Below, in pieces: positions 53,387 through 63,137 of a DNA stretch of 64,000 nt. Position numbers and translations under genes: made by a program. Origin of the DNA: Candidatus Sericytochromatia bacterium (GTDB lineage: Bacteria > Cyanobacteriota > Sericytochromatia > S15B-MN24 > UBA4093). The notes below the pieces were generated by a model. That model made no database searches. It worked only from the letters and a program-made list of their open reading frames with translations, and was not told the origin of the DNA. The stretch lies in assembly GCA_036676495.1 (NCBI GenBank), contig JAKFCT010000047.1:32001-96000 (forward strand). The letters are read 5' to 3'. Position 1 is the first letter of the stretch. Each line of letters opens with the position of its first letter.

Positions 53387-54691
53387 ATGAAGCCCACGCC
53401 CCTCCGATTCGGAGCCTTGTCACTCGCATCCCTACTCCTGGGAACCGCCTGCACGCCCCCCGCCACCACCTCCTCCACTCCGGCTCCTCTCCAGGCCGGC
53501 CAGACCATCCCGATCAGCATGTCGCAGGACGGCAAGGAGGTCTACCGGGCGACCATGACCGTCCGCAACCTCGAGGATCCCGCGGCCCGCAAGAAGGACA
53601 GCCAGGGGATGGAGACCGATCTGGTGGCGTTGCTGGAAACGGAAGACTTCGTCGACTCGGAGTACGCCAAGCAGCGCGGCGTCGCCGCCCCCCCGGTCCC
53701 CTTCGACGAGGTCGTCGCCTTCCTCGATCAGCACTGGGACGCAGCCTTCGGGGACAAGGACGATCCGGGCCGCAACGCCGAGGAGTTTCTCGCGCTGCTC
53801 AAGGACATGGCGATCGACGTCCCCATGTTCTTCGCCGAGTACAAGAAACTGGGCCTCTCGCTCAAAGACTACCTGACGCTCATCAGCTACATCGACGCCT
53901 ACGACGACCTGCTGGGCGGCCAGGGCTTCGCCGAGATCGTCGAGACGCTGGCGGAGCGCGGGCTGACGCTCAAGGACTTCCTGCTCTACATCGAAAATGC
54001 CGAGTTGACGACCCTGGAAGTCTTCGCGGCCCTCATCGGGAAGCAGCAGACCCTCACGGACTTCCTCGCAGAGAGCGCCGCCGCCGAGCGGACGCTTCAG
54101 GAGAGCCTGAAGGCTCTCGTCCAGCCCACGATCCAGGCGAGTGAGAACTACCACCTCGTGGATCCGTTCATCTACACTCGGAGCTGGACCATCCTGGATC
54201 ACGGAAAAGCGACCGGCATCAAGGGCCATGTCCTCAACAGCCGCTACGGCCACCCGTCCTGGTACACGGAAGGCCAGATCGCGACGTCGGGGACGCGCAG
54301 CCTGATCCTCGGCGCTCCCTCCAATCCCCTGGTCCACTGCGAATGGGAAGTCACGTGTCGCTACGGCGTGACGGCGACGGGAGCCTCCATCGGAGGCAAG
54401 TACGTCAAGGACATCGAGGTCAAATTCTCCAAGATCCACACCATCCTGGGCTGGCAAGTCAACGGCCGGGTCGACAACCCCGGCGTCTTCAACCAGGGCT
54501 GGGCGGATAAGGCGCCCGATCCGATAACCAGCCACCGGGTCTTCATCCTGGCCAACTTCCTGATGGATTCGGGGTTCCTCGTCAAGGAGTCCTACCGGTT
54601 CACCGGAAGCAAGGGCATCCAGGGCTTCGGGACCACGGGGCCCGAATTCAAGTGGACCCCGTTCGCGTCGGTGCTCATCACCCTTCCCTGA
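53387..54691 (+). CDS. Hypothetical lipoprotein, paralogue 1
   Basis: AAAGGAG RBS, lipobox LGTAC, acidic helical N-domain and beta-rich C-domain. Confidence 0.75.
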   Translation: MKPTPLRFGALSLASLLLGTACTPPATTSSTPAPLQAGQTIPISMSQDGKEVYRATMTVRNLEDPAARKKDSQGMETDLVALLETEDFVDSEYAKQRGVAAPPVPFDEVVAFLDQHWDAAFGDKDDPGRNAEEFLALLKDMAIDVPMFFAEYKKLGLSLKDYLTLISYIDAYDDLLGGQGFAEIVETLAERGLTLKDFLLYIENAELTTLEVFAALIGKQQTLTDFLAESAAAERTLQESLKALVQPTIQASENYHLVDPFIYTRSWTILDHGKATGIKGHVLNSRYGHPSWYTEGQIATSGTRSLILGAPSNPLVHCEWEVTCRYGVTATGASIGGKYVKDIEVKFSKIHTILGWQVNGRVDNPGVFNQGWADKAPDPITSHRVFILANFLMDSGFLVKESYRFTGSKGIQGFGTTGPEFKWTPFASVLITLP

Positions 54692-54732
54692 GCGAGCGCC
54701 AAAACCGCCACCCCATCGACAAGGAGCCCCCA

Positions 54733-56070
54733 TTGAAGCATTCGACGATCCGGCACAGCGGCTGTGCCCTCGCCGCCCTGTTGCTGGCGACCGCCTGCAC
54801 GCCTCCCACCACCACCGCGGACGAGCAAGAGGGCCCGAAGGCGGGCCAGACGCTCCCCCTCACCATCCTGGAAGGCGACCAGGAGGTCTACCGGGCGACC
54901 ATGGTCCTTCGGAACCTGGAGGTGCCGGAAGCCCGCACGCGCAATGCCGAGGGGATCGAAGAGGACCTGATCGCGCTCGTGCAGGCCGAGGATCTCGTGG
55001 ATTCGGCCTACGCCGCGCGCCGAGGCGTCGTGGCCCCCCTCGTCTCCGAGGAGGAGATCGTCGCCTTCCTCGACCAGCACTGGGACGCCGCCATCGGAGG
55101 CAAGGACGATCCCGGCCGCAACGCTTCGGAGTTCCTGGACCAGTTGACCGATATGGGCATCGACGCCCCCACCTTCCTTGCCGAGTTCAAGAAGCTGGGC
55201 CTGCCGCTCGCGGAGTACCTGAAACTCATCGCGCTCATCGACGCCTACGACGACCCGACGGGCGACGACGGCTTCCACGAGTTCGTGCAGACGCTCGCAT
55301 GGTACAAGCTCACCCTCAAGGACTTCCTGCTCTACGTCCAAGACGCCGGCCTGACGACCGCCCAGTTCTTCGAGGCCCTGCGCGCGAAGAACCAGAGCCT
55401 CAGCGCCTTCCTCGCCGAGAGCGCGGACGCCGAGCAGTCCCTCCAGGACAGCCTGAAAGCCTTCGTGGCGTCGAGCAGCAAGCTGAGATTACAGGCGGGA
55501 CCGAGCCTCCAGACGCGTCCCCACAACGACGTCATGCAGCGCCCGCTCATTCACTCCTCACACTGGAAACTCATCCGGGACAACCGCGTGATCGGGGAAA
55601 AAGGCGCCGTCCTCTCGGAACGCGCCTGGGACCTCGAGCGCTACACCGAGGGAAAGACCGTGACCTCGGAGAAACGATCCATGATCATCGGATCGAAGGC
55701 GCATCCCTTGGTCCATGTCGACTGGCAGCTCAGCTTGCGACACGACGTCCGGGGCAACGACGGCTCCCCCCGCGGCGCCTTCCTGCGCGACATCGAGGTG
55801 ATCTTCCCCAAGAAACACGTCAGCGCCGGCTGGAAGGTCAGCGGCACGGCCCGGCCCTCGAAGGTGACTTACGCGGGTTCGGCAGATGCGCCGGACGCCG
55901 AGGTCGGACTGGACGTCGGCTTCGCGGTCCACTTTCTGCCGCGAATCGGGCACACGTACCACAGCCATTTCCGGCTTTCCGGTACGGAGGGCATCACTTA
56001 CGCGACGCACAGCCCCCGGAGATTCTACATCGACCCCCTGGGCAACTCGATCCTGACCGAGCTGCCCTAG
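54733..56070 (+). CDS. Hypothetical lipoprotein, paralogue 2
   Basis: AAGGAG + TTG start, lipobox LATAC. Shares VAFLDQHWDAA.G.KDDPGRNA and LTLKDFLLY with paralogue 1. Confidence 0.75.
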   Translation: MKHSTIRHSGCALAALLLATACTPPTTTADEQEGPKAGQTLPLTILEGDQEVYRATMVLRNLEVPEARTRNAEGIEEDLIALVQAEDLVDSAYAARRGVVAPLVSEEEIVAFLDQHWDAAIGGKDDPGRNASEFLDQLTDMGIDAPTFLAEFKKLGLPLAEYLKLIALIDAYDDPTGDDGFHEFVQTLAWYKLTLKDFLLYVQDAGLTTAQFFEALRAKNQSLSAFLAESADAEQSLQDSLKAFVASSSKLRLQAGPSLQTRPHNDVMQRPLIHSSHWKLIRDNRVIGEKGAVLSERAWDLERYTEGKTVTSEKRSMIIGSKAHPLVHVDWQLSLRHDVRGNDGSPRGAFLRDIEVIFPKKHVSAGWKVSGTARPSKVTYAGSADAPDAEVGLDVGFAVHFLPRIGHTYHSHFRLSGTEGITYATHSPRRFYIDPLGNSILTELP

Positions 56071-56201
56071 CCGGCCACGTGCCTCCTCCCGCCTGCGCGC
56101 CCGACGAGACGAGCAAGCGTTCCGTCGGGCACCCTCCAGAAAGTTAACCTCCGACCGATAACCTTCTTGATGGATCACATCTTGGCTCAAGGAGGAGTCG
56201 C

Positions 56202-57290
56202 ATGCGTATTCAATCATCCACCGTGGCCATGGCCAGCAGCCATGCGCTGAGCATCGAGCATCAACGAACCGAGCGCCTGGAGGCCTGGGTCGATCCCCCG
56301 GCGCCGAGCACGCCAAGCGCGCCGCCGGTCCGGCCGACCCCACCGGCCGTCACCGCCCCAGCAGAAGTGCCCCCCGCCGAAGCGACGGAAGGAGGGCTCT
56401 CTTTCGAACCGAGCCCCATGGACAAGCTGAAGCTGGCCGTCGTCGAACGATTGCTGGAAAGCCTCATGGGAAAACCCATCAAGATCGACGTCCCCGAAGA
56501 CCTCCACGATCCCGCGGAGGTCAACGAGCTGCGCAAGAAGCTCCAGGCGCTCGTCGCGAACGCCCAAAAGCTGCGCCCCGCCCAGGAAGGACGCCCGGGC
56601 GCTTCGACGCCCGAACGCCAAGGCTGGGGCTTGCGCTACGACTACCACGAACGCTATTACGAGCAAGAGCGGAGCAGCTTCTCGGCCGCCGGCGTGATCA
56701 AGACCCAGGACGGCAAGGAGATCGCCTTCTCCGTCGACCTCCACATGCAACGCGAGTTCCTGCGCGAGGAGTCCATCCTCATCGAAGCCGGAGACCGCAA
56801 GCTCAAGGACCCGCTGGTGGTGAACTTCGACGCCCCGGCGGCCCAGCTCACGCAGACCAAGTTCCAGTTCGATCTCGACGCGGACGGCGAGGAGGATCAG
56901 ATCTCCTTCCTGCGGCCCGGCTCGGGCTTCCTCACGCAGGACCTCGACGGAGACGGCGTCATCAACGATGGCCGCGAGGTCTTCGGGGCCCTCTCGGGCG
57001 ATGCGTACGCCGATCTGGCCGCCCACGACGAGGACGGGAACGGCTGGCTGGACGAAGGGGACGCGATCTTCGACAAGCTCCGGATCTGGACCAAGGACGC
57101 GCAGGGGCGCGATCAGCTCTTCGCCCTGGGAGAAAAAGGCATTGGCGCCCTCTTCCTGGGCTCGACGCTGAGCCCGTACTCCCTGAAGGACACGGATAAC
57201 GCACTGCACGGGCAAGTGAGGCGAACGGGCGTCTTCCTCCGCGAGGATGGGAGCGCCGGCACGCTCCAGCAGATCGATCTCGCCGTATAA
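56202..57290 (+). CDS. Hypothetical protein with DxDxDG Ca-binding repeats (VCBS-like)
   Basis: AAGGAGGAG RBS. DPLVVNFD, FDLDADG, DLDGDGVINDG, DEDGNGWLDEGD, QQIDL. Confidence 0.8.
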   Translation: MRIQSSTVAMASSHALSIEHQRTERLEAWVDPPAPSTPSAPPVRPTPPAVTAPAEVPPAEATEGGLSFEPSPMDKLKLAVVERLLESLMGKPIKIDVPEDLHDPAEVNELRKKLQALVANAQKLRPAQEGRPGASTPERQGWGLRYDYHERYYEQERSSFSAAGVIKTQDGKEIAFSVDLHMQREFLREESILIEAGDRKLKDPLVVNFDAPAAQLTQTKFQFDLDADGEEDQISFLRPGSGFLTQDLDGDGVINDGREVFGALSGDAYADLAAHDEDGNGWLDEGDAIFDKLRIWTKDAQGRDQLFALGEKGIGALFLGSTLSPYSLKDTDNALHGQVRRTGVFLREDGSAGTLQQIDLAV

Positions 57291-57306
57291 GGCCCCCATC
57301 GACCTC

Positions 57307-57347
57307 CGATCAGCGGCGCTTTGAGGCTGGCAAAGCGCCGCTGATCG
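57307..57347. terminator. Perfect 17-bp inverted repeat
   Basis: cgatcagcggcgctttg-aggctgg-caaagcgccgctgatcg. Confidence 0.7.
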
Positions 57348-57387
57348 CGCTAAAATGCCCTAAACACGTGTTTAAGAGGCATTCTAG

Positions 57388-57735
57388 ATGTACAAGCTCA
57401 CCAAGCGGCTCAAGTTCGAAGCCGCGCACCGCATTCCCGGCCATCCCGGCAAGTGTGACAACCTCCATGGCCACACGTACCTGGTCGACGTGGAGGTCGC
57501 GGGCGAAGACCTGGACGAACTGGGAATCCTGATCGACTTCAACCGGATCAAGGAACTGGAGAAGCTGATCCCCGACCATACCTACCTGAACGAATCCCTG
57601 CCCGCGGGGACGGCGACCACCGCCGAAGGGCTCAGCGCCTACTTCTACCGCGCCTTCAAGGCCGACCTGCCCCAGGTCGTCTCCGTCACCGTCCACGAGG
57701 GGCCCAACTCCTGGTGCCGCTTCGAGGAGGCCTAG
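57388..57735 (+). CDS. queD: 6-carboxytetrahydropterin synthase
   Basis: FEAAHRI...GKCDNLHGHTY, DHTYLN, TAE. Confidence 0.93.
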   Translation: MYKLTKRLKFEAAHRIPGHPGKCDNLHGHTYLVDVEVAGEDLDELGILIDFNRIKELEKLIPDHTYLNESLPAGTATTAEGLSAYFYRAFKADLPQVVSVTVHEGPNSWCRFEEA

Positions 57736-57736
57736 C

Positions 57737-58435
57737 TTGACGGCGCCGGCGGCCGTGGCCACCTACGAGGTCACCGAGATCTTCACCTCGCTGCAGGGAG
57801 AGGGCACGCGAATCGGCATGCCCTCGACCTTCGTGCGCCTGAGCCGTTGCAACCTTTCATGCCGCTGGTGCGATACGACGTACTCCTGGAAGGCCGGCGA
57901 GATGGTGGAGCCGACGGTGATGACGCCCGAGCAGATCATCGCGGAGGTGCATGCCCCGGACGTGGTGTTGACGGGCGGCGAGCCCATGCTCCAGAAGCTG
58001 GAGCCCTTGCTCGACCTCCTGGAAGGGCGCTTCGTAACGGTGGAGACCAACGGGACCATGTTCCGGCCGGATCCGCGGGTGGGCCTGTGGAGCGTGAGTC
58101 CCAAGCTCGGCAGCTCCCAGCAGAAGCCCAACAAGCGGGTGCTGAGCGAGTACGTCCGCCAGGTGCCCGATCGGCTTCAATTGAAGTTCGTGGTGGGCGG
58201 CCGGGAGGACCTGGACGCGGTCAAGGCATTGCTTTCGGAGCTCGACGGGGCGACGGAGGTGCCGATCGTCCTCCAGCCGGTGGGACATCCGGGGGAGAGC
58301 CGGGACGCGTACTCCGAGCGACTGGCCAGGCTGTTCGAGGAGGAGATCATGCCGGACGGGTTCTGGCAGGCCTACGCGCTGCGGGTGCTTCCGCAGTACC
58401 ACAAGCTGCTATGGGGGGAGAAGCGAGGCATATGA
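57737..58435 (+). CDS. queE: 7-carboxy-7-deazaguanine synthase (radical SAM)
   Basis: [33 protein letters not shown]. Confidence 0.93.
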   Translation: MTAPAAVATYEVTEIFTSLQGEGTRIGMPSTFVRLSRCNLSCRWCDTTYSWKAGEMVEPTVMTPEQIIAEVHAPDVVLTGGEPMLQKLEPLLDLLEGRFVTVETNGTMFRPDPRVGLWSVSPKLGSSQQKPNKRVLSEYVRQVPDRLQLKFVVGGREDLDAVKALLSELDGATEVPIVLQPVGHPGESRDAYSERLARLFEEEIMPDGFWQAYALRVLPQYHKLLWGEKRGI

Positions 58436-59109
58436 AGAAAGCGGTCGTTCTGCTCAGCGGGGGGCTGGACTCCACCACCTGCGCCTACGTCGCCAAGTCC
58501 GAGGGTTACGAGGTTTACGCGCTCTCCTTCGATTACGGTCAGCGCCTGAAGCGGGAGCTGGACTCCGCGCGCGCGGTCGCCAAGGCGGTCGGGGCCAAGG
58601 AGCACGTGGTGATGAAATTCGACCTGACGCGCTGGGGCGGCTCGGCTCTGACCGACGCTTCGCTCGACGTGCCCACGGGGCGCGAGGCCTCCGAGATGGA
58701 GGAGTCGATCCCGGTCACCTACGTGCCGGGGCGCAACACGCTCTTTCTGAGTTTCGGGCTCTCCTACGCGGAGGCGATCGGAGCGGAGGCGATCTTCATC
58801 GGGGTGAACGCCTACGATTACTCGGGCTACCCGGATTGCCGACCGGAGTTCATCGCGGCGTACCAGGAGATGGCGCGGCTGGGGACCAAGGCCGGCGTCG
58901 AGGGGAACCCCATCCGGATTGAGACTCCCTTGCTGCACCTGAACAAGGCGGGCATCGTCACGCTAGGGCAAAGCGTCGGGGCGGATTACGGCCTGACCTG
59001 GTCCTGCTACCAGGGCGGCGAGACGCCTTGCGGGGTCTGCGACGCCTGCGTCCTGCGGGCCAAGGGCTTCTCCGAGGCGGGCGCCATGGATCCGGCGCTG
59101 AGCCGCTAG
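58432..59109 (+). CDS. queC: 7-cyano-7-deazaguanine synthase
   Basis: [33 protein letters not shown]. Confidence 0.95.
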   Translation: MKKAVVLLSGGLDSTTCAYVAKSEGYEVYALSFDYGQRLKRELDSARAVAKAVGAKEHVVMKFDLTRWGGSALTDASLDVPTGREASEMEESIPVTYVPGRNTLFLSFGLSYAEAIGAEAIFIGVNAYDYSGYPDCRPEFIAAYQEMARLGTKAGVEGNPIRIETPLLHLNKAGIVTLGQSVGADYGLTWSCYQGGETPCGVCDACVLRAKGFSEAGAMDPALSR

Positions 59110-59117
59110 CCGCTCAT

Positions 59118-59231
59118 CGTCACTCTCGCGCTCACCCCCGTCACTCCCGCTTCCGCGGGAGTCCAGTGGATTCCCGCCGTCACCCCCGTGAAAACGGGGG
59201 GCGGGAATGACGGAAGGGCGCGGGAATGACG
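59118..59231. repeat. Nested CGTC-tagged REP-like palindromic cluster
   Basis: Three CGTCAC(T/C)C.CG heads (59118, 59139, 59178), GGGAGTCCA/TGGATTCCC, and two GCGGGAATGACG tails (59201, 59220). Confidence 0.8.
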
Positions 59232-59256
59232 GAAAGGGCGACAGACCCTCCCCTGG

Positions 59257-59282
59257 AGCTCCCCCGTCCGGGGGAGCTTTTT
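59257..59282 (+). terminator. Intrinsic terminator after the que operon
   Basis: agctcccc-cgtcc-ggggagct followed by tttt. Confidence 0.7.
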
Positions 59283-60406
59283 CAATGGGACGGCAGGATG
59301 AAGAAGAGGACGATCTCGAGGGCGATCAGGATGATGATGGTCCATTCGAGGAAGACCGAGCGTCCGATGTCCAGGCTGTCGGTGAGGACCTCGTAGATGG
59401 AGCGGGCGCTGCGGAGCTTGCCGTCGATCGATTCTTCCCATTCCTTGAGGCGGAGGCGTTCGGAGATGGCGCGGTAGACGCGCGCGGAGTAGAGATCTCC
59501 GATGATCTTGAGGGAGTTCTCGATCTGGTCCTTGAGGTCGATGACGTCGACCATGAGGGCCAGGAGGCGGTGGGAGGTCGGGCGGTAGCGGTTGTGGAGC
59601 CAGTACTTCCAGCCCGAGGCGGGGCCGGCCTCGACCTCGTGGTAGATCTGGTCGAGCTCGCGGTCCAAGAGGGCGTCGTAGTAGCGCAACTCCAGCAGCT
59701 CGCAGTTGGCGAACTCCAGGATGTCGACGTGCTCGCTGGAGCCCTCGTGATCGTAGACCAGGGCGGCGTTCCAGTCGATGACGACCAGGTCGTCGTCGAA
59801 GTAGGAGATGCGCTGGCGCAGGGTCTCGGCTTGTTCGGAAGGGGAGAGGGCTTTCGCTTCGCCGCGGATGAGCTGGGCGATGTCGGCGCCGTAGTCGTCG
59901 AGGAGGTTTCGCGCGGAGAGGGGCTCGGCGCCGTCGAAGGCCTCGACGTAGAAGATGGTGTAGTCCTCTTCGAGGGTTTCGCGGTAGGGGTTCTTCAGGC
60001 CGGGCTCGAGCTTGGGGCGGATCTCCTCGAGCAGTTGGCGGGAGAGGACCTCGATGGCGGCGTTGTCGACGAAGCAGGGGGCCTGCTGGACGAGGTCGGC
60101 CCAGGCATGGGGGAGGTCGGCTTCCCAGCGGATGGAGACGACGCCGAAGTCGAAGACCTTGGCGGTGACGCGGGCGAGGATCTGGGTTTCGGGCTTGGGG
60201 TAGAGGGGGCGATCGCCCAAGGAGAGGGTGACGGGGGGATTGAGGAACTGGATGTAGGCGGGCGCGGCGCGGCGGGAGATGAGGCGGGTGGTCTTGGATT
60301 GGCCCTCCCAGAGTTTGCGGACATGGTCGAGGTCGATCATGTCTGCCACCGCGAAGAGGTGGTAGACGAGAATGCGACCTGAGCTGAGCAGCAAGGGCGT
60401 GGCCAT
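59282..60406 (-). CDS. Hypothetical protein, RMD1/DUF155-like with C-terminal TM
   Basis: LEFANCELLELRYYD, KIIGDLYSARVY, LEWTIIILIALE. Confidence 0.72.
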   Translation of the reverse strand: MATPLLLSSGRILVYHLFAVADMIDLDHVRKLWEGQSKTTRLISRRAAPAYIQFLNPPVTLSLGDRPLYPKPETQILARVTAKVFDFGVVSIRWEADLPHAWADLVQQAPCFVDNAAIEVLSRQLLEEIRPKLEPGLKNPYRETLEEDYTIFYVEAFDGAEPLSARNLLDDYGADIAQLIRGEAKALSPSEQAETLRQRISYFDDDLVVIDWNAALVYDHEGSSEHVDILEFANCELLELRYYDALLDRELDQIYHEVEAGPASGWKYWLHNRYRPTSHRLLALMVDVIDLKDQIENSLKIIGDLYSARVYRAISERLRLKEWEESIDGKLRSARSIYEVLTDSLDIGRSVFLEWTIIILIALEIVLFFILPSH

Positions 60407-60547
60407 GTCATCAGCATAATCGAGGGGGCCGAGCTTGTCGATCGCTCTCGTCCAGGATGCCCAGCCGGCTTCGCCAGCAGTCATTTGCCAGCCTCAGTCT
60501 CGACCCCCTATAATGACGCAACCCTAAACACTAGAAAGGTCCGAACC

Positions 60548-62482
60548 ATGACCGAAAACCGGAACGCCCGCGAAACGGCCCTCCTGAACGCCCCCTCGTC
60601 GATGCGCGGGAGGCGGGCGCTTCCGCTCGCGGCGGCGGCCCTGGCCTGGGGGCTGCTGGCTCCGGAATCCGCCATGGCGCAGGCCCCGAGCCCGGCACCG
60701 GCCGTGCCGGAACCCGCTCCGGCGGCGACGGGATCCGTCGTGCCACCCGCTCCGGTGGATCAGGGGCCGAAGATCCGTGTCCGGGACATCGAGATCCGCG
60801 GCAACCGGACGGTTTCGGATGAGACGATCCTCCTGACGCTTCCGATTCACCGGGGCGAAGAGGTGACGCGCCAGCAGGTGCTGGAGTCGCTGCAGCGGAT
60901 CTACGGGCTGGGGTACTTCATGGACGTGAAGGCGTCGACCGAGCCGGTTCCCGGCGGCGAGCGCCTGATTTTCCATGTGGTGGAGAACCCGCCCCTCAAG
61001 GGCGTCACCATCGTAGGCGAGACGGTCTTCCCCGAATCGGAGCTTGCGGCCCCCTTCGCGGAGATGAAGGGGAAGGTCATCAACTTCCGGGACGTCCAGC
61101 AGATCATCAAGGACATCGAGAAGCGGTACGCCGACAAGGGCTACGTGCTGGCGCGGGTGATCGACCTGGTGCCCAGCCCTGACGGGACCTTGACCATCAA
61201 GCTGGCGGAAGGGACGATCTCGGCGATCCGGATCGAGGGCAACGAGGAGACCCAGGAGTACGTGATCCGGCGGGAGCTGACCCAGAAGCCGGGCGAGCTC
61301 TTCAACATGAAGACCATGGAAGAGGACCTGCGCCGGGTCTACAACCTCAACTTCTTCGAGGACATCGGCATCCGTTACGAGCCGGGGACGACTCCCGACC
61401 AGGTCACCGTGGTGATCAACGTCAAGGAGAAGCAGACGGGCTCGTTCAACCTGTCGGCGGGCTGGAGCAACCGGGACGGCCTGCTGGGGGTGATCGGGCT
61501 GCGCAAGGAGAACTTCCTGGGGCGGGCGCAGTCGGTCTCGACGGATCTGACGATCTCGCAGCGCAACTGGGCGGCGGAGATCAGCTACTTCAACCCCTGG
61601 GTCGACGCCCAGAAGACCAGCTTCGGGACGAACCTCTACGCGCGGCGGTTCTGGAACTTCTTCGGGCAGGTGACGGAGCCGGACGGGACGCAGCATAACA
61701 GCTTCCTCGAGGAGCGTCGGGGCGGCGTGCTTTCGTTCGGGCGGCCGCTCTTCGGGGATCCGGTGACGGCGCAGTGGCGCGGCGCCCTGCGCTTCCGGGC
61801 GGAGAGCATCGGGCTCTTGACCACCGATCAGAATGCGCGCAGCCTGGGAGGGCCGGGGATCTTCGCGTCGGGGGGCACGTCGGACTTCGCGACGACCGCG
61901 GGGTTCACGGCGACCTTCGACTCGCGGGACTTCGTGATCAACCCGACCCGGGGCTGGTTCAACACCTACGCGGTGGAGCAGTACCTGCCGGGGCTGAGCA
62001 CGCTCAACCTCTCGCGGGTGCAGCTGGACGTGAACCATTACTTCCCGCTCTGGGCCAACCATACCTTGGCAGCGGGCTGGAAGCTGGGTACGCTGTTCTC
62101 GGCGACGGGTGGGTTCGTGCCGCCCTACGAGCGGTTCTTCTCGACGGGCAGCAACCTGATCCGGGGCTGGCCGGAGAACCCGTCGGGTCCGGGCGCGCTG
62201 GGGCAGTTCCCCTACGGCAGCTTCTCGGGAGACTCGTTCACGCTGGCGAGCGTCGAGTACCGCTTCCCGATCGTGAACATCCTCTCGGGGGTGGTCTTCG
62301 GGGACTCGGGGATCTTCTGGGATCAGAGCCGCAACAACTTCGCGCTGGACCGGACCCGCTCGGGGTACGGCGTGGGCCTGCGGATCAACACGCCGCTGGG
62401 GCCGTTGCGCCTGGATTACGGCCTGCGGGAGTGGAGCCTCAACACGGGCGTGGTCCACTTCTCGATCGGCCAGAAGTTCTAG
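60548..62482 (+). CDS. bamA: Omp85/BamA outer-membrane assembly factor
   Basis: Three POTRA repeats, IRGW (RGY-like), GYGVGLRINTPLGPLRLDYG, terminal HFSIGQKF. Followed by skp-lpxD. Confidence 0.9.
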   Translation: MTENRNARETALLNAPSSMRGRRALPLAAAALAWGLLAPESAMAQAPSPAPAVPEPAPAATGSVVPPAPVDQGPKIRVRDIEIRGNRTVSDETILLTLPIHRGEEVTRQQVLESLQRIYGLGYFMDVKASTEPVPGGERLIFHVVENPPLKGVTIVGETVFPESELAAPFAEMKGKVINFRDVQQIIKDIEKRYADKGYVLARVIDLVPSPDGTLTIKLAEGTISAIRIEGNEETQEYVIRRELTQKPGELFNMKTMEEDLRRVYNLNFFEDIGIRYEPGTTPDQVTVVINVKEKQTGSFNLSAGWSNRDGLLGVIGLRKENFLGRAQSVSTDLTISQRNWAAEISYFNPWVDAQKTSFGTNLYARRFWNFFGQVTEPDGTQHNSFLEERRGGVLSFGRPLFGDPVTAQWRGALRFRAESIGLLTTDQNARSLGGPGIFASGGTSDFATTAGFTATFDSRDFVINPTRGWFNTYAVEQYLPGLSTLNLSRVQLDVNHYFPLWANHTLAAGWKLGTLFSATGGFVPPYERFFSTGSNLIRGWPENPSGPGALGQFPYGSFSGDSFTLASVEYRFPIVNILSGVVFGDSGIFWDQSRNNFALDRTRSGYGVGLRINTPLGPLRLDYGLREWSLNTGVVHFSIGQKF

Positions 62483-62674
62483 CGCCAGGTCGCGACAGTC
62501 GGGAGGCGACGGAACCCCGCAGGCGGGAAAGCCGTCCCCTCCATGGGAAAACGATCCGTCCGGGGCGGCGCGTTCGCGCAGGCGAGTCCGCAAGTGGTGC
62601 CCAAGCTCACGGCACCGCCCGCCTTCTCTCGCTAGCCTGGAGAGAATCGGATGACGATAGAAAGAGGAGAGTTC

Positions 62675-63136
62675 ATGAAGAAGCTTTTGGCATTGGGCCT
62701 CGCCGCCGTCACGGCGGGGATCGTGTCCACTCAGTCGGCCATGGCCGCGGCGCCGAGCTTGGGCTATGTGGATACGGCGAAGGTTTTCAGCTCCTACGGA
62801 GAGGCCAAGCGCGCCCAGGATCAGTTCCGCCAGAAGGCGGAGGATTACCAGGAAGAGCTCGCCAAGCGCCAGAAGCAGATCGAGGATGCCCGTAAGGCCG
62901 GCAAGTCCGACGCGGACCTCCAGAAGATGATGAAGGACGCCGAGCAGGATCTGATGCCGCAGAAGAAGGCCGTCGAGGAGCTCGACCGGAAGCTCTCGAC
63001 CCAGATCAAGGGCAAGATCGAGTCGGCGATCGCCGCGGCCGCCAAGGCCAAGGGCATCAGCGCCGTGGTCGACAAGCAGGTCATCCTGTACGGCGGCACG
63101 GATCTCACCAACGACGTCGTCAAGCGCCTGAAGTAA
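62675..63136 (+). CDS. skp: OmpH/Skp periplasmic chaperone
   Basis: Signal peptide, GYVD, coiled coil, [10 protein letters not shown]. Confidence 0.9.
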   Translation: MKKLLALGLAAVTAGIVSTQSAMAAAPSLGYVDTAKVFSSYGEAKRAQDQFRQKAEDYQEELAKRQKQIEDARKAGKSDADLQKMMKDAEQDLMPQKKAVEELDRKLSTQIKGKIESAIAAAAKAKGISAVVDKQVILYGGTDLTNDVVKRLK

Positions 63137-63137
63137 G

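Noticed and set aside
57375-57400. preQ1-I riboswitch (agaggcattctag resembles AGAGGTTCTAG)
   Set aside because: No complementary P1 strand or A-rich tail, and the sequence is the RBS and start region itself.
57388-59109. queDEC as part of a 7-deazaguanine DNA-modification (dpd) system
   Set aside because: No dpdA/tgt-like or other dpd genes nearby, and the context is housekeeping.
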